Origin: Microcoleus sp. | GTDB lineage: Bacteria; Cyanobacteriota; Cyanobacteriia; Cyanobacteriales; Microcoleaceae | Direction of reading: 5' to 3' | DNA length: 64,000 bases | Assembly (NCBI GenBank): GCA_052279835.1 | Contig: CP181291.1 | Location: forward strand, 544,001-608,000 | Part shown: piece by piece, positions 1-9,181 of the stretch | Position numbering within the stretch: the stretch's first letter is position 1 | How the letters are laid out: every line of letters begins with the position of its first letter | Notes under the pieces: generated by a model | The model's input: only the letters and a program-made list of their open reading frames with translations | What the model was told of the DNA's origin: nothing | Databases searched by the model: none | Made by a program: the position numbers and the translations under genes

Positions 1-277
1 CTAAAGCGCGACGTTGAGGAGTGTAATCTATAGTTTCTAGGTATTCAAAGCCGTGCGTCAAGGTGGAACTACAAGCGAGCATACCATTATTTAATTGACG
101 GTATGGCGCATAAACTGTAGTTTTATTGCGCAATACTTTTTCGATACCTTGGCAAAAGTCTTTGACTTCTTTAGCGAAAGGAAACATTAATACAGCAATT
201 TTTACGTCGGATAGCGAATCGATCGCTAAATCCATACGCGCAGGTAAAGCAACGGTAGAGTTATTTTTTTTAGGCAT
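1..277 (-). CDS. pPIWI-RE module protein, N-terminal part (runs off the window edge)
   Basis: Not in the ORF track. Manual translation from ATG at 277 gives MPKKNNSTVALPARMDL...TVYAPYRQLNNGMLACSSTLTHGFEYLE..., open to base 1, with a GGAGG RBS upstream. It is the third gene after a REase and a DinG-like helicase, the known pPIWI-RE island order. Confidence 0.75.
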   Translation of the reverse strand, partial: MPKKNNSTVALPARMDLAIDSLSDVKIAVLMFPFAKEVKDFCQGIEKVLRNKTTVYAPYRQLNNGMLACSSTLTHGFEYLETIDYTPQRRAL

Positions 278-347
278 AATCTGTCCTCCAAATGAAAAAA
301 GTTTTTTACTGTGGTAACGGGAAGCAATCCTCACTCTACAAAATATT

Positions 348-3300
348 TTAGAACTCAACGTTTTCAATATTTTCTAAAGCATCAGCCAAAGGCTTATAGA
401 GAGCATTTCCAACAGAGTTGTCTGCGACTGCATAATCGCAAGCTCTGAGGATTATTGCTACTAATAAGCTGTTTTCTTCCGAATCGCCATCGATAGCATT
501 AGCATCTTCTCCTCCTCTAATAGCCGCAAGTTTTTTAGCACTGTTATCTGCCCACGCAGCATCGACAAAATAACCATGAAAAGGAACACCACCGCGAATT
601 AAGCGCCCTACTGCTTGAATAATCCTCCCTAATGTAGTTGCTGCTAGATCGTAGCGCGGAAAGGCACATAAATCATCGCGATCCCGCAGAGTTTTATAAT
701 AAGAACGTTGTTCTACCCACCGCCAGTAAGTATTTGCTGTTTTTCGCAATAATTCCGCACGATGGGCAATGCCGTCTCCCTGTTGCCAAGCAATAAAGTC
801 TTCCTTTTCCAACCACTGATAAGCACGTCGATTCATCTCTTGAGCGATCGCCTGTGTATCATGAGGATGGGGATAAGGACGAGTCAGAAAGTAAACTGCA
901 CCAAAAGCTGCTTTACCGTTGCTATTCAAGATATTAAACCCACGTCCCATAGCACTGGTAGGAGCAACCAGTATTTTACCTCCATTGTGTCCAAATATTT
1001 CGATATCGGCTCTTTTTAGCTCTCCGAGTTGGGCTTTACCGTCTTTTGTCAGTTCTAATTCATCATTAACTAGATGTTTTATTTGCTGGCGAATGCTGGG
1101 ACAATAATTACGCACCTCATCAGCTACCCATTTAGCCTGTTCGTAAGAATTTACCAAAACTAAAACGCGATCGCGATCGTGCCATAATTCGGCATCTTTT
1201 TCGCCTAATTCTTTCAGTTTTTGCAATTCTTCTATCAAATGATTGCTACCCTTACCTGCAACCAAGGATTTAGCAATTTGAGTAAATTTAGAATTGGCTT
1301 GCTTTTTATTACTCAAATTTCCCGACACCCGCATCGGTTTATTTTTATCGTCAAACTGGGGAATAAACTTAAACTCACTTTGCTTAATTGCCTGTTGTGC
1401 GCTTGCTTCAGGCATCAATATCCCTTGAGGATCGCCTACATGAAAAGTGGTTGAGTCGGGTAAATAGGATGTTCCTGAAAGTGCTAAAACATTTGGGCCT
1501 TGCCTCCCATCAAAATCGGTTAACAAGCTGTGATAGTTAAGCACATAATCTCGCCCAATATTAGTATAAGCAAATAAGCTCAGACTATTACTATTTTTGC
1601 GAGAATAGTAAGTACCAAATTGTCTGCCTGTTGGTGGCAATGGCAGAATATTCATCATAGCACTTGGTATTCGCCGATGAGGTGAAGGTTCGCGAATATT
1701 ACTAGGTCGATTTTGCCATTCGTAAAATACTATCTTGGTATGGCGATCGAGCAAGGTAATAGTCAGAGAAAACTGCAAGCGAAGAGCCAAAGTTTCAATA
1801 GTATCTATATCCTCCTCCTTTGTCAGATATGGGTATAAATCCTCTGCTTTTTGCTGACTTCTAAGATGGTCTAACTCTGCTTTTAATCTGGTTAATTTTA
1901 TTTGCGTCTCAGGTAAAAAATCAGCGATCCAGTTCTGACAATCCTCATAAATATCCTTATCAGTGGCGCTTTCTCCCGTGTTATTAATAAGCTGCACAAT
2001 TTCAGACAATCTGCTTGTAGCGGGCTCTGAACGATTGCGCTTTAGTAGGGGATCGTCTTTGAGAAAATCATCGAAACAATCCATTATAGATTTGATTTCT
2101 AAAGCGTCACTTCTTAATTGCTGTTCCGATCGCGGATAAGAATCAAACTCTTCTAATCCCGCCAAACGACGCGCCAGCTTATAAAAAAGAACGTGAGGTG
2201 TAAAATAACCCTGTTCTACCCATTTTTGCAGGACTTCTTGCCCTAATTCATCACTTAAAAGCGTGAGTGTAGCGTTAATTGCAGTTTGAGCATTTCTTTG
2301 GACGTGACTCCATCTTGACTTTAATGGCGATCGCACTAAATCAGTTCGATATGACTGTTCTGTTTTAACCCCAATATCATCAAAAGTACCGCTTCTACTC
2401 CGATCTGTCAGGGTTACTTGTTTCGCATAAGTTTTATCAAACCACTCAACAATCGTATCTGCTTCATCAAACACCACAATATCTGACTGTTCGTAAATTA
2501 ATTCACCAACTTTAATCGGACGTAATTCGTAATGACAAGGCATACCTGCAAATGCCATTGCACCAGGGGTAGCAATCCAGACTCGCGCTTGTGGCATATC
2601 CCGATATGCTTGCTGTGATGGACAGCGATCGAATAAAGGGCAAAAATAAGGTTTACCAGTGGCTGTTTCTGTTTTATCCTTTGATGCTTTTCTGAGACTG
2701 TGACATGGTTCTGTTCCTGGTTTAAGCGGTTTGCCGTTTAAAATATTATGGCGATCGCTTTGAGAAATTGTTGCTTGCAAAGGACAAACAACACTCAACC
2801 AACGTTCGCCCCAGTGTGGTTGACTTCTTTCAAGATGTGTCAGATAATCATCAGAGTCAGAAAATCCTTGTAAATGTTTATCTCGCCGACTTCTTCCTAA
2901 AATTGGTACAGCTACAGGATCGTCGGTTTCTGGATCGTCACAAAACCACCAATTAATTTTATTTGCTATTTTAATAGCTGATTGGGTATCACCGACAACT
3001 ATAGTTATACGACGCTGGGGATGATTTCTAATTACACTACTAGCTAACAGCAAAGATAAGGTAGATTTTCCCGATGCTACCATCCCCGCAACGTGAGTAA
3101 ATCCGTCTATATTTAAAATCTGCGCGGGTTGTTGTTCGACAATGTTTCCTGGTAAAACTTTGTGATAGTTTAGTTTGCTAAAACGTTTTACCCAATTACC
3201 TTTAGCGGTATTTGACCAAGAATATTGCTGTGCTAAAACATCTTCTCTATTATCTAAAAAAACAGCTTCTGCTTCTAAGTCAGCAAAATTAACAGTAACG

Positions 3301-3905
3301 GGCGATCGCTCTTGTACTCCATTAAACCAGGGTAAAGGATAAGAAGTTGTAACTTGCTCTTGAGTAAACTTAACCTGTAGCCTTACAGTCTCTTCTTTTG
3401 TCTCGGCTTCAAATTGATAATACTCATCAGGTTTTACTTGTTGAATTCTTCTCCGGTGATAGTTTAATGTCGCAGTCAAACATATTTCATAAATATATTG
3501 ATTAGCTAGTTGTTGAGTATTTTTAGCACCATAGATAATTTGATTGTCTAAATTTTGAATATCAAAATTATAGTTTCGCCAATTGTCAGGAATATTTCTC
3601 ATATAGTCTCGCAGCGCATTTAGCCAATCGAAGCGAGCTGAAAAAGGCACAATTTGTCTGACATTTGCGATCGCTCTTTTATCTTCTGCGCTTAAATTCT
3701 GTAACTTAGGATGTTTGATAAACATCCCGCTTAAAATCGCCCATACTGCGGTAACTGGTTCGTCATCTAAGCCCAACTTTTCCATTAAAGCAAAACCAAG
3801 TTCGACTTGTAACAGTAATTCTGGTTCTAGGATGCCCTGTTCTTTTAAAGCTGCAATACGGTTTGTAAATTCAGCAGGCGGTTCAAATAAAGTTTTGCTA
3901 AACAT
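348..3905 (-). CDS. pPIWI-RE-associated DinG-like SF2 helicase (N-terminal Z-type domain)
   Basis: Walker A GMVASGKST, Walker B VVFDEAD, LSGTS, GRGFNILN, QAVGRLIRGG; Cys cluster (CPL..PC..CPLFDRCP) as in Fe-S DinG helicases; abuts the upstream REase gene. Confidence 0.85.
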   Translation of the reverse strand: MFSKTLFEPPAEFTNRIAALKEQGILEPELLLQVELGFALMEKLGLDDEPVTAVWAILSGMFIKHPKLQNLSAEDKRAIANVRQIVPFSARFDWLNALRDYMRNIPDNWRNYNFDIQNLDNQIIYGAKNTQQLANQYIYEICLTATLNYHRRRIQQVKPDEYYQFEAETKEETVRLQVKFTQEQVTTSYPLPWFNGVQERSPVTVNFADLEAEAVFLDNREDVLAQQYSWSNTAKGNWVKRFSKLNYHKVLPGNIVEQQPAQILNIDGFTHVAGMVASGKSTLSLLLASSVIRNHPQRRITIVVGDTQSAIKIANKINWWFCDDPETDDPVAVPILGRSRRDKHLQGFSDSDDYLTHLERSQPHWGERWLSVVCPLQATISQSDRHNILNGKPLKPGTEPCHSLRKASKDKTETATGKPYFCPLFDRCPSQQAYRDMPQARVWIATPGAMAFAGMPCHYELRPIKVGELIYEQSDIVVFDEADTIVEWFDKTYAKQVTLTDRSRSGTFDDIGVKTEQSYRTDLVRSPLKSRWSHVQRNAQTAINATLTLLSDELGQEVLQKWVEQGYFTPHVLFYKLARRLAGLEEFDSYPRSEQQLRSDALEIKSIMDCFDDFLKDDPLLKRNRSEPATSRLSEIVQLINNTGESATDKDIYEDCQNWIADFLPETQIKLTRLKAELDHLRSQQKAEDLYPYLTKEEDIDTIETLALRLQFSLTITLLDRHTKIVFYEWQNRPSNIREPSPHRRIPSAMMNILPLPPTGRQFGTYYSRKNSNSLSLFAYTNIGRDYVLNYHSLLTDFDGRQGPNVLALSGTSYLPDSTTFHVGDPQGILMPEASAQQAIKQSEFKFIPQFDDKNKPMRVSGNLSNKKQANSKFTQIAKSLVAGKGSNHLIEELQKLKELGEKDAELWHDRDRVLVLVNSYEQAKWVADEVRNYCPSIRQQIKHLVNDELELTKDGKAQLGELKRADIEIFGHNGGKILVAPTSAMGRGFNILNSNGKAAFGAVYFLTRPYPHPHDTQAIAQEMNRRAYQWLEKEDFIAWQQGDGIAHRAELLRKTANTYWRWVEQRSYYKTLRDRDDLCAFPRYDLAATTLGRIIQAVGRLIRGGVPFHGYFVDAAWADNSAKKLAAIRGGEDANAIDGDSEENSLLVAIILRACDYAVADNSVGNALYKPLADALENIENVEF

Positions 3906-5060
3906 TTAAACTGTTCCTCCTTTTTTTAGTTTGGTAATTTTGTCATTTACTCGATTTTTAAAACTATTCTCACTAACAAGATGAATCGCATTCGATAGCT
4001 TTTTTGCTGCTTTTCGGAGAATTTCTAAGTAGTCGGGATAGTTTGCTATGCAGCGATCGCTAATCACATAAAAACTTTCGTCATAACGCAAACTTCCCTC
4101 GCTATATAAAGGCTTGAGATTTTTAGCTAGTTTATAAGGATCGCGTACATCTTTAATATCGATCGCCCATACTGTACCGTCGTTGAAACCCAACTGTAAA
4201 TCGTAACGATCCAAACCCGGATATAATTTGACTTGGTGTAAATAGTCTGGATATTTTTCTTTTAATTTTTCTAAAGCCGAACACAACGTAAGTTCGGGGA
4301 TACCAGGAAAACAAACTCGTTGATGAATGCCATCTTTAATCCGAAGTAAACCTCTTTCCCACGTAACCTGATGGACATAATTTTGGTCTTGATGGTGATT
4401 TCCGCATAAACTAGGTTTTATGCCTTTCAATCTTCCGTATTTTTCTGTTAACACACCACAGCGATCGCAATACCAATAGGTTTGATTCTCCTGACAGTCT
4501 TCGTATAACTCTCCAACTTCTGCGATATCAATATGTTTGGCACGCATAAAAGTCTTACGAATCTCACTGGTAGTAGTGTATTGATTTTCAATCAAAAAAC
4601 GGCGCACTGATAAATATTCCTGCTGCGCTTGTTCCGAATCAGCGTCGTTAGAAACATCTCTTAGTTTGTTTAAAATTTTTGTAAATTTTGAATTATCGAT
4701 TGCTAGTTGTTTAACGAGCGGGCTGGCGGATTCGATAATTCCATCTTTTTCGAGTAAAACTTCAGCAAGATAATCATTAGCCTCCTCACTGAGGCTACCC
4801 TCATCCATCAAACCAAAATCATTATCGAATTCTTGAGGAGTAAAATAACTGGGACACCAATTTTTTACTGGCTCTTCCAATAACTGCAAAAAACCATTCA
4901 TTGTTTTAGGAAAAGGTCTACCTGCCTTCATTTCTAGAGCTAAAGCATTCATTCCATGACGCAGCAAATCTGGATAAGGATATTTTTTTTCTCGATCTAG
5001 ATATTCTTTTGACCCAATTACTAGATAGTCGAAAAATTGTGTTTTATTGCTAGTAGCCAT
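3906..5060 (-). CDS. pPIWI-RE-associated restriction-endonuclease-fold protein (Y domain, Zn motif, PD-(D/E)xK)
   Basis: N-terminal YPYP..L..GMN.LA segment, CDRCG..C..H, C-terminal PG.PE...YPGLDRYDL...WAIDIKD; stop is directly adjacent to the helicase ATG. Confidence 0.85.
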   Translation of the reverse strand: MATSNKTQFFDYLVIGSKEYLDREKKYPYPDLLRHGMNALALEMKAGRPFPKTMNGFLQLLEEPVKNWCPSYFTPQEFDNDFGLMDEGSLSEEANDYLAEVLLEKDGIIESASPLVKQLAIDNSKFTKILNKLRDVSNDADSEQAQQEYLSVRRFLIENQYTTTSEIRKTFMRAKHIDIAEVGELYEDCQENQTYWYCDRCGVLTEKYGRLKGIKPSLCGNHHQDQNYVHQVTWERGLLRIKDGIHQRVCFPGIPELTLCSALEKLKEKYPDYLHQVKLYPGLDRYDLQLGFNDGTVWAIDIKDVRDPYKLAKNLKPLYSEGSLRYDESFYVISDRCIANYPDYLEILRKAAKKLSNAIHLVSENSFKNRVNDKITKLKKGGTV

Positions 5061-5439
5061 AAACCGCTCCTTTGTAAGGTGAACAAAATTGGTAAGGTAA
5101 TATCTGCCTCATCCTAGTCTTGACATCACTAAAAAATAAATTGCGCATACACAGTATCTTGGTGCTGCAGAAAGCTATTTTGTGGCAGCATAAAATGCTC
5201 CAGCCATTTTTTGCCAACGCAAACACGGCTTTTGAGCGTCCCAGATTTTGGGTCAACCCAATTTCTCTCACCGAATTTTACTGGTGGTACCACTAAGTAC
5301 ACATTACTTAACCTCTGCTGTGTCTTACAAGCGATACAATAGTTTCACCAAGCATACACACCCCAGTTTAATTAACTTTTACAATAAAAAGGAATGAGCG
5401 AAGAGGGATGAAACTTAGATAAAAGTTGACGACAAATAC

Positions 5440-5476
5440 ACGATAGTTTGGAAAGCTATCGTCTATAATGTAGTAT
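5440..5476 (+). promoter_or_regulatory. Putative promoter/operator of the tRNA-SDR-LRR unit
   Basis: Perfect 7-bp inverted repeat ACGATAG-N9-CTATCGT (5440-5462) just before TATAAT (5464-5469), ~25 nt upstream of the first tRNA. Confidence 0.55.
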
Positions 5477-5494
5477 GGGCGATTTCTAAGATTT

Positions 5495-5569
5495 GGGACT
5501 GGTCGCTCAATTGGAAGGGCACTGCGACATCATCGCAGAGGTTGGGAGTTCAAGTCTCCCTCAGTTCCA
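5495..5569 (+). tRNA. Atypical or pseudo tRNA, anticodon ATC (Asp-like)
   Basis: Cloverleaf by hand: acceptor GGGACTGG/TCAGTTCC, D arm GCTC/GGGC, anticodon stem CTGCG/CGCAG with loop ACATCAT, T arm GGGAG-TTCAAGT-CTCCC. C33 replaces U33. Confidence 0.7.
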
Positions 5570-5577
5570 CCTTTTTG

Positions 5578-5649
5578 GGGGTTATAGCTCAATGGAAGAG
5601 CGCTTTCTCTGCAGGAAAGAAGTTAGAGGTTCAAATCCTCTTAGCCCCA
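5578..5649 (+). tRNA. Atypical tRNA-Ala(TGC)
   Basis: Acceptor GGGGTTA/TAGCCCC plus A73, D arm GCTC/GAGC, anticodon stem CTTTC/GAAAG with loop TCTGCAG, T arm AGAGG-TTCAAAT-CCTCT. Has C33 and G3:C70. Confidence 0.8.
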
Positions 5650-5716
5650 CCCATCGATATCAAATCTGGATATATGAAGGGGTTTTCGCGCTCAATTTCT
5701 CAAGGGGTTGGTCAAG

Positions 5717-7126
5717 ATGAATATCCCACCAGACCAATTAGAAATTTGCCTCAATGTTCTGCAACAAATTTCAGAAGATCCAGCGGTCATTGGCGAACAC
5801 GATCGCTTCAAAAGTTTGATTGCCAAAATCTACAAACAGGGACGCAAAGGTTGGCGTCAAACTCAACAACAACAACGACGAATTGAAGATAGCCAACTCA
5901 AAGCATCAACCGTCATGGTGCAGCATCAGCGCCAACAACAGCCATGGGCTGCCTTACCAGAATCAACAACCCGATCGCAGCATTTGCACAAGCCCATCCT
6001 TTGTTACATTTGCAAAACACCCTATACAGAAATTCATTTTTTTTATCATTCACTTTGCCCAAAATGTGCTCAATTTAATTACCAAAAACGACAACAGCGA
6101 ACCCATTTAGTTGGGCGAACTGCATTAGTGACAGGTGGACGCATCAAGATTGGCTATCAGATGGGATTGCGACTGTTGCAAGATGGTGCTAGGGTGATTC
6201 TGACCACAAGATTTCCCTATGACTGTGCTAATCGCTATAGTCTAGAACCCGATTTCGAGCAGTGGCGCGATCGCCTGCAAATTCACGGACTCGATCTGCG
6301 AAATATTCCAGCAGTAGAAACATTTGTACAGGATTTATTCCATACTGAATCAGCTCTCGATCTGATTATCAACAATGCAGCTCAAACTATCAAGCGTCCA
6401 TTGGCATTTTATCAGCATCTCTTAGAGCGAGAAGAAGAAGCATCACAAATACTCAGTAACAACGCCCAAGCATTAATCCCGATCGATCGCAATCTATTAA
6501 AGGAGCAATTACCTCGACATCAATCTCTTTTACTCGAAAGTCAACCGAATTACAAAGATCGCCTACCGGGTGCGATCGCCGATTACTTCCCGCGCGATTG
6601 CTTCGATGCTGACGGACAACAACAGGATCTTCGCCCCGAGAATAGCTGGTTGCTAAAACTAGATGAGGTAAATACGATTGAGTTACTTGAAGTACAGGTG
6701 GTGAACGCGATCGCACCCTTCATTCTTAACAGTCAACTCAAACCATTACTACTTCATTCATCCTTTGAAAGACGATTTATCATCAACGTTTCAGCAATGG
6801 AAGGACAATTCAACCGATCCAGTAAAACATCCTATCATCCCCATACCAATATGGCAAAAGCAGCTTTGAATATGATGACGCGAACCTCGGCAGTTGATTA
6901 TGCTCGATCTAATATTTTCATGAACAGCGTCGATACGGGTTGGATTACCAATGAAAATCCCGATCCTAAGAAAATACGAGTTCAAGGAGAACAAGGCTTT
7001 TACACGCCCTTAGATGCGATTGATGGGATGGCAAGAATTTACGATCCGATCGTTCAAGGTATTGAAAACCCCGATCCTCCGATTTACGGTCATTTTCTTA
7101 AAGACTACGCCCCCTATCCCTGGTAG
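5717..7126 (+). CDS. SDR-family oxidoreductase with N-terminal Cys4 zinc-finger-like motif
   Basis: CYIC...CPKC, TGGRIKIG, NNAAQT, NVSAMEG, HPHTNMAKAALN. ATG at 5717 preferred over TTG at 5708. Confidence 0.85.
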   Translation: MNIPPDQLEICLNVLQQISEDPAVIGEHDRFKSLIAKIYKQGRKGWRQTQQQQRRIEDSQLKASTVMVQHQRQQQPWAALPESTTRSQHLHKPILCYICKTPYTEIHFFYHSLCPKCAQFNYQKRQQRTHLVGRTALVTGGRIKIGYQMGLRLLQDGARVILTTRFPYDCANRYSLEPDFEQWRDRLQIHGLDLRNIPAVETFVQDLFHTESALDLIINNAAQTIKRPLAFYQHLLEREEEASQILSNNAQALIPIDRNLLKEQLPRHQSLLLESQPNYKDRLPGAIADYFPRDCFDADGQQQDLRPENSWLLKLDEVNTIELLEVQVVNAIAPFILNSQLKPLLLHSSFERRFIINVSAMEGQFNRSSKTSYHPHTNMAKAALNMMTRTSAVDYARSNIFMNSVDTGWITNENPDPKKIRVQGEQGFYTPLDAIDGMARIYDPIVQGIENPDPPIYGHFLKDYAPYPW

Positions 7127-7129
7127 CAA

Positions 7130-8293
7130 ATGATGATAAATACCGCTCTTCACTGTCCGTTACCCAATCCCATAGACTCTTCCTCCGAAGTTGTAATGGA
7201 ACTCAAATCGTTAATCGATTATCTCCAAACCGATCGACCGCTCGCTCAAAAAATAGTCTTCCCGCGCGGCACAGTAATGCCCGATGGACGACTTGATTTG
7301 TGCAAGCAAGATTTAGGTGTAATGGGATGTCATTTAGTGACTGAAGCATTGGCAAACAATGATGCGATCGCTAGCTTATTATTGGGAACCAATGGTATTG
7401 GCGATCGGGGTGCTAAGGATGTGGCGCGATTGATTCAACGTAACAACCGTTTAGAGATTGTCTATTTAGGTTGCAATGGGATTTCATCGACAGGTATTGC
7501 TGCACTTGCCGAAGCGCTGACGCAGAATCAATCTATAACTGGTTTGTGGTTAAAACGCAATCCGATTGGCCCAGAAGGTGCAGATAGTCTAGCGGAAATG
7601 TTGCGTCACAATACAAGTATCCGCACGCTAGATTTGGTCAATACTCAAATAGGAGATGAGGGATTAGCCGCCATTTTAGAGGTTTTGACTTACACCAATC
7701 GTACTGTTGAACGGCTGTACTTGGGCGGCAATCAAATTCAGGAAAACCATGCTGCTTTACTGGCTAATCTTTTAGCTGATAATCCTGCGATTACTGGCTT
7801 ATTTCTTAATGTCAATCATCTTGGCGATCGAGGTGTTACAGTTTTAGTGGATGGATTGGCAGAAAATAAAACACTGGTTGATTTAGGACTAGCTAGCAAT
7901 GGAATTGGGGTAGCAGGGTGCAATCCATTATTAGCAGCAGTGGCAACCCATCCCAAACTTAGTAATCTGGATTTAGGTTATAGTCCTTCTACAGGAGTGT
8001 TGGGATCGCAGCCCAATCAGATTGGAGATATCGGTGCAAGTGCGATCGCCCATTCGCTAGCACGGAACCAAACCTTATTGAAACTCAATCTTTGTCGGAA
8101 TAGAATTGGCAATTTGGGAAAAAAAGCGCTCGTTGCTGCATTAGAAATCAATCAAAAATTATGTTATCTGATTTTAGATGGGCAACCCGATCGGCGAATT
8201 GAAGTTTTGTTAGAGCGCAACCGAATGCTGAATTTTGGTGAAGAATTACATCAGCCTCGTAGTGTTTCTTTAATCCAGAGTGTATATCGTTGA
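7130..8293 (+). CDS. Leucine-rich repeat protein (RNI-like, 28-aa repeats)
   Basis: Repeated LxxLxLxxNxIGxxGxxxLAxxL units; starts 3 bp after the SDR stop. Confidence 0.9.
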   Translation: MMINTALHCPLPNPIDSSSEVVMELKSLIDYLQTDRPLAQKIVFPRGTVMPDGRLDLCKQDLGVMGCHLVTEALANNDAIASLLLGTNGIGDRGAKDVARLIQRNNRLEIVYLGCNGISSTGIAALAEALTQNQSITGLWLKRNPIGPEGADSLAEMLRHNTSIRTLDLVNTQIGDEGLAAILEVLTYTNRTVERLYLGGNQIQENHAALLANLLADNPAITGLFLNVNHLGDRGVTVLVDGLAENKTLVDLGLASNGIGVAGCNPLLAAVATHPKLSNLDLGYSPSTGVLGSQPNQIGDIGASAIAHSLARNQTLLKLNLCRNRIGNLGKKALVAALEINQKLCYLILDGQPDRRIEVLLERNRMLNFGEELHQPRSVSLIQSVYR

Positions 8294-8355
8294 GTTTAAC
8301 CCTTTTCATCCGACACTAACCTCGATCGGTATAGTGTGGGGATTCCCGTCAAAGC

Positions 8356-9141
8356 TCAAATTCGATCGGGATCGATACCCTGCGATCGCAAAAATTCGGC
8401 TAATTGGGCAACTCGCTGCTCGGCTTGAGTAGCTCGCTGTTCGGCTTGAATCGCCCAATGTTCGAGCTCTGTGGATCTGAGCAGGCGCTCTTGAGTTTGA
8501 GCATCCACCATCACCACCTCGCCGTCGTGCAATCCCATCCACAAACCCACGGTTTCGCACATAATGCGTCCCTCTTCATCGGGAGTAATCGGCACGTAGA
8601 TGCCATCCATTAAACGGTAGCCCAACACCTCATCCAGCATTTGACCTCGCTGGCGTCGCCGATCGAAAATGATATATTCCTGTACGCTGGCCCTCGCGTA
8701 TTGTTGGACTTTGATTTCTCGATCCTCTTTGCGATATCGAGGCGAAACCACTTCAACAATTAAAGACGGACGCGCGCCTTCAGAGTTCACTAAAAACTCT
8801 GTCCGCACCTGCTCTTTATTTTGAATGCCAAACACCACGCAAGTATCGGGACAATGATCTTTTAAATCGGAAATTCCCCAGCGAACTATGAGATCGCGAA
8901 AAACCGCTGTTGTTGGATCGTTAGCGTAGTGGCGAGTGAGAATATCTTTAATATCTCCTGCTATGCGATCGTGAAAAGTGCTATTTGGCAAATGATATCC
9001 CTCTTCTGGATGGAGAAATTCTTCCCCAGTCAGGGGAATATCCTCGAAAACCCTGCTGCCATCGGGTTGGACGATTTCTTCGGTGCGCCAACCGCGTTCG
9101 GCTAATTCGTTTGTTGGATGGCGGGTAATGGCGATCGTCAT
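8356..9141 (-). CDS. Uma2 (DUF820) family endonuclease
   Basis: CPDTCVV...PSLIVEVVSP...K...YA....EYIIFD motif and C-terminal AEQRA coiled coil ending GIDPD. Confidence 0.9.
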   Translation of the reverse strand: MTIAITRHPTNELAERGWRTEEIVQPDGSRVFEDIPLTGEEFLHPEEGYHLPNSTFHDRIAGDIKDILTRHYANDPTTAVFRDLIVRWGISDLKDHCPDTCVVFGIQNKEQVRTEFLVNSEGARPSLIVEVVSPRYRKEDREIKVQQYARASVQEYIIFDRRRQRGQMLDEVLGYRLMDGIYVPITPDEEGRIMCETVGLWMGLHDGEVVMVDAQTQERLLRSTELEHWAIQAEQRATQAEQRVAQLAEFLRSQGIDPDRI

Positions 9142-9181
9142 TGCTTTTCCATTTTTGACCTAGCTATATTATACAGCCAGA

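Noticed and set aside
126..317. Plus-strand 63-aa ORF
   Set aside because: Antisense shadow of the minus-strand gene starting at 277.
5050..5271. 73-aa ORF upstream of the REase as a fourth island gene
   Set aside because: No motif or clear RBS; it cannot be supported.
5495..5569. First tRNA as tRNA-Met(CAT) or tRNA-Sec
   Set aside because: CAT is off-centre in the 7-nt loop, which centres on ATC; there is no TCA anticodon or long variable arm.
5061..5649. tRNAs as the integration site of the pPIWI-RE island
   Set aside because: The island lies on the 5' side of the tRNAs; no duplicated tRNA 3' end or integrase is visible in the window.
5493..5886. Track ORFs 5493-5720 and 5542-5886
   Set aside because: They overlap the tRNA cloverleafs and the SDR start and show no protein features.
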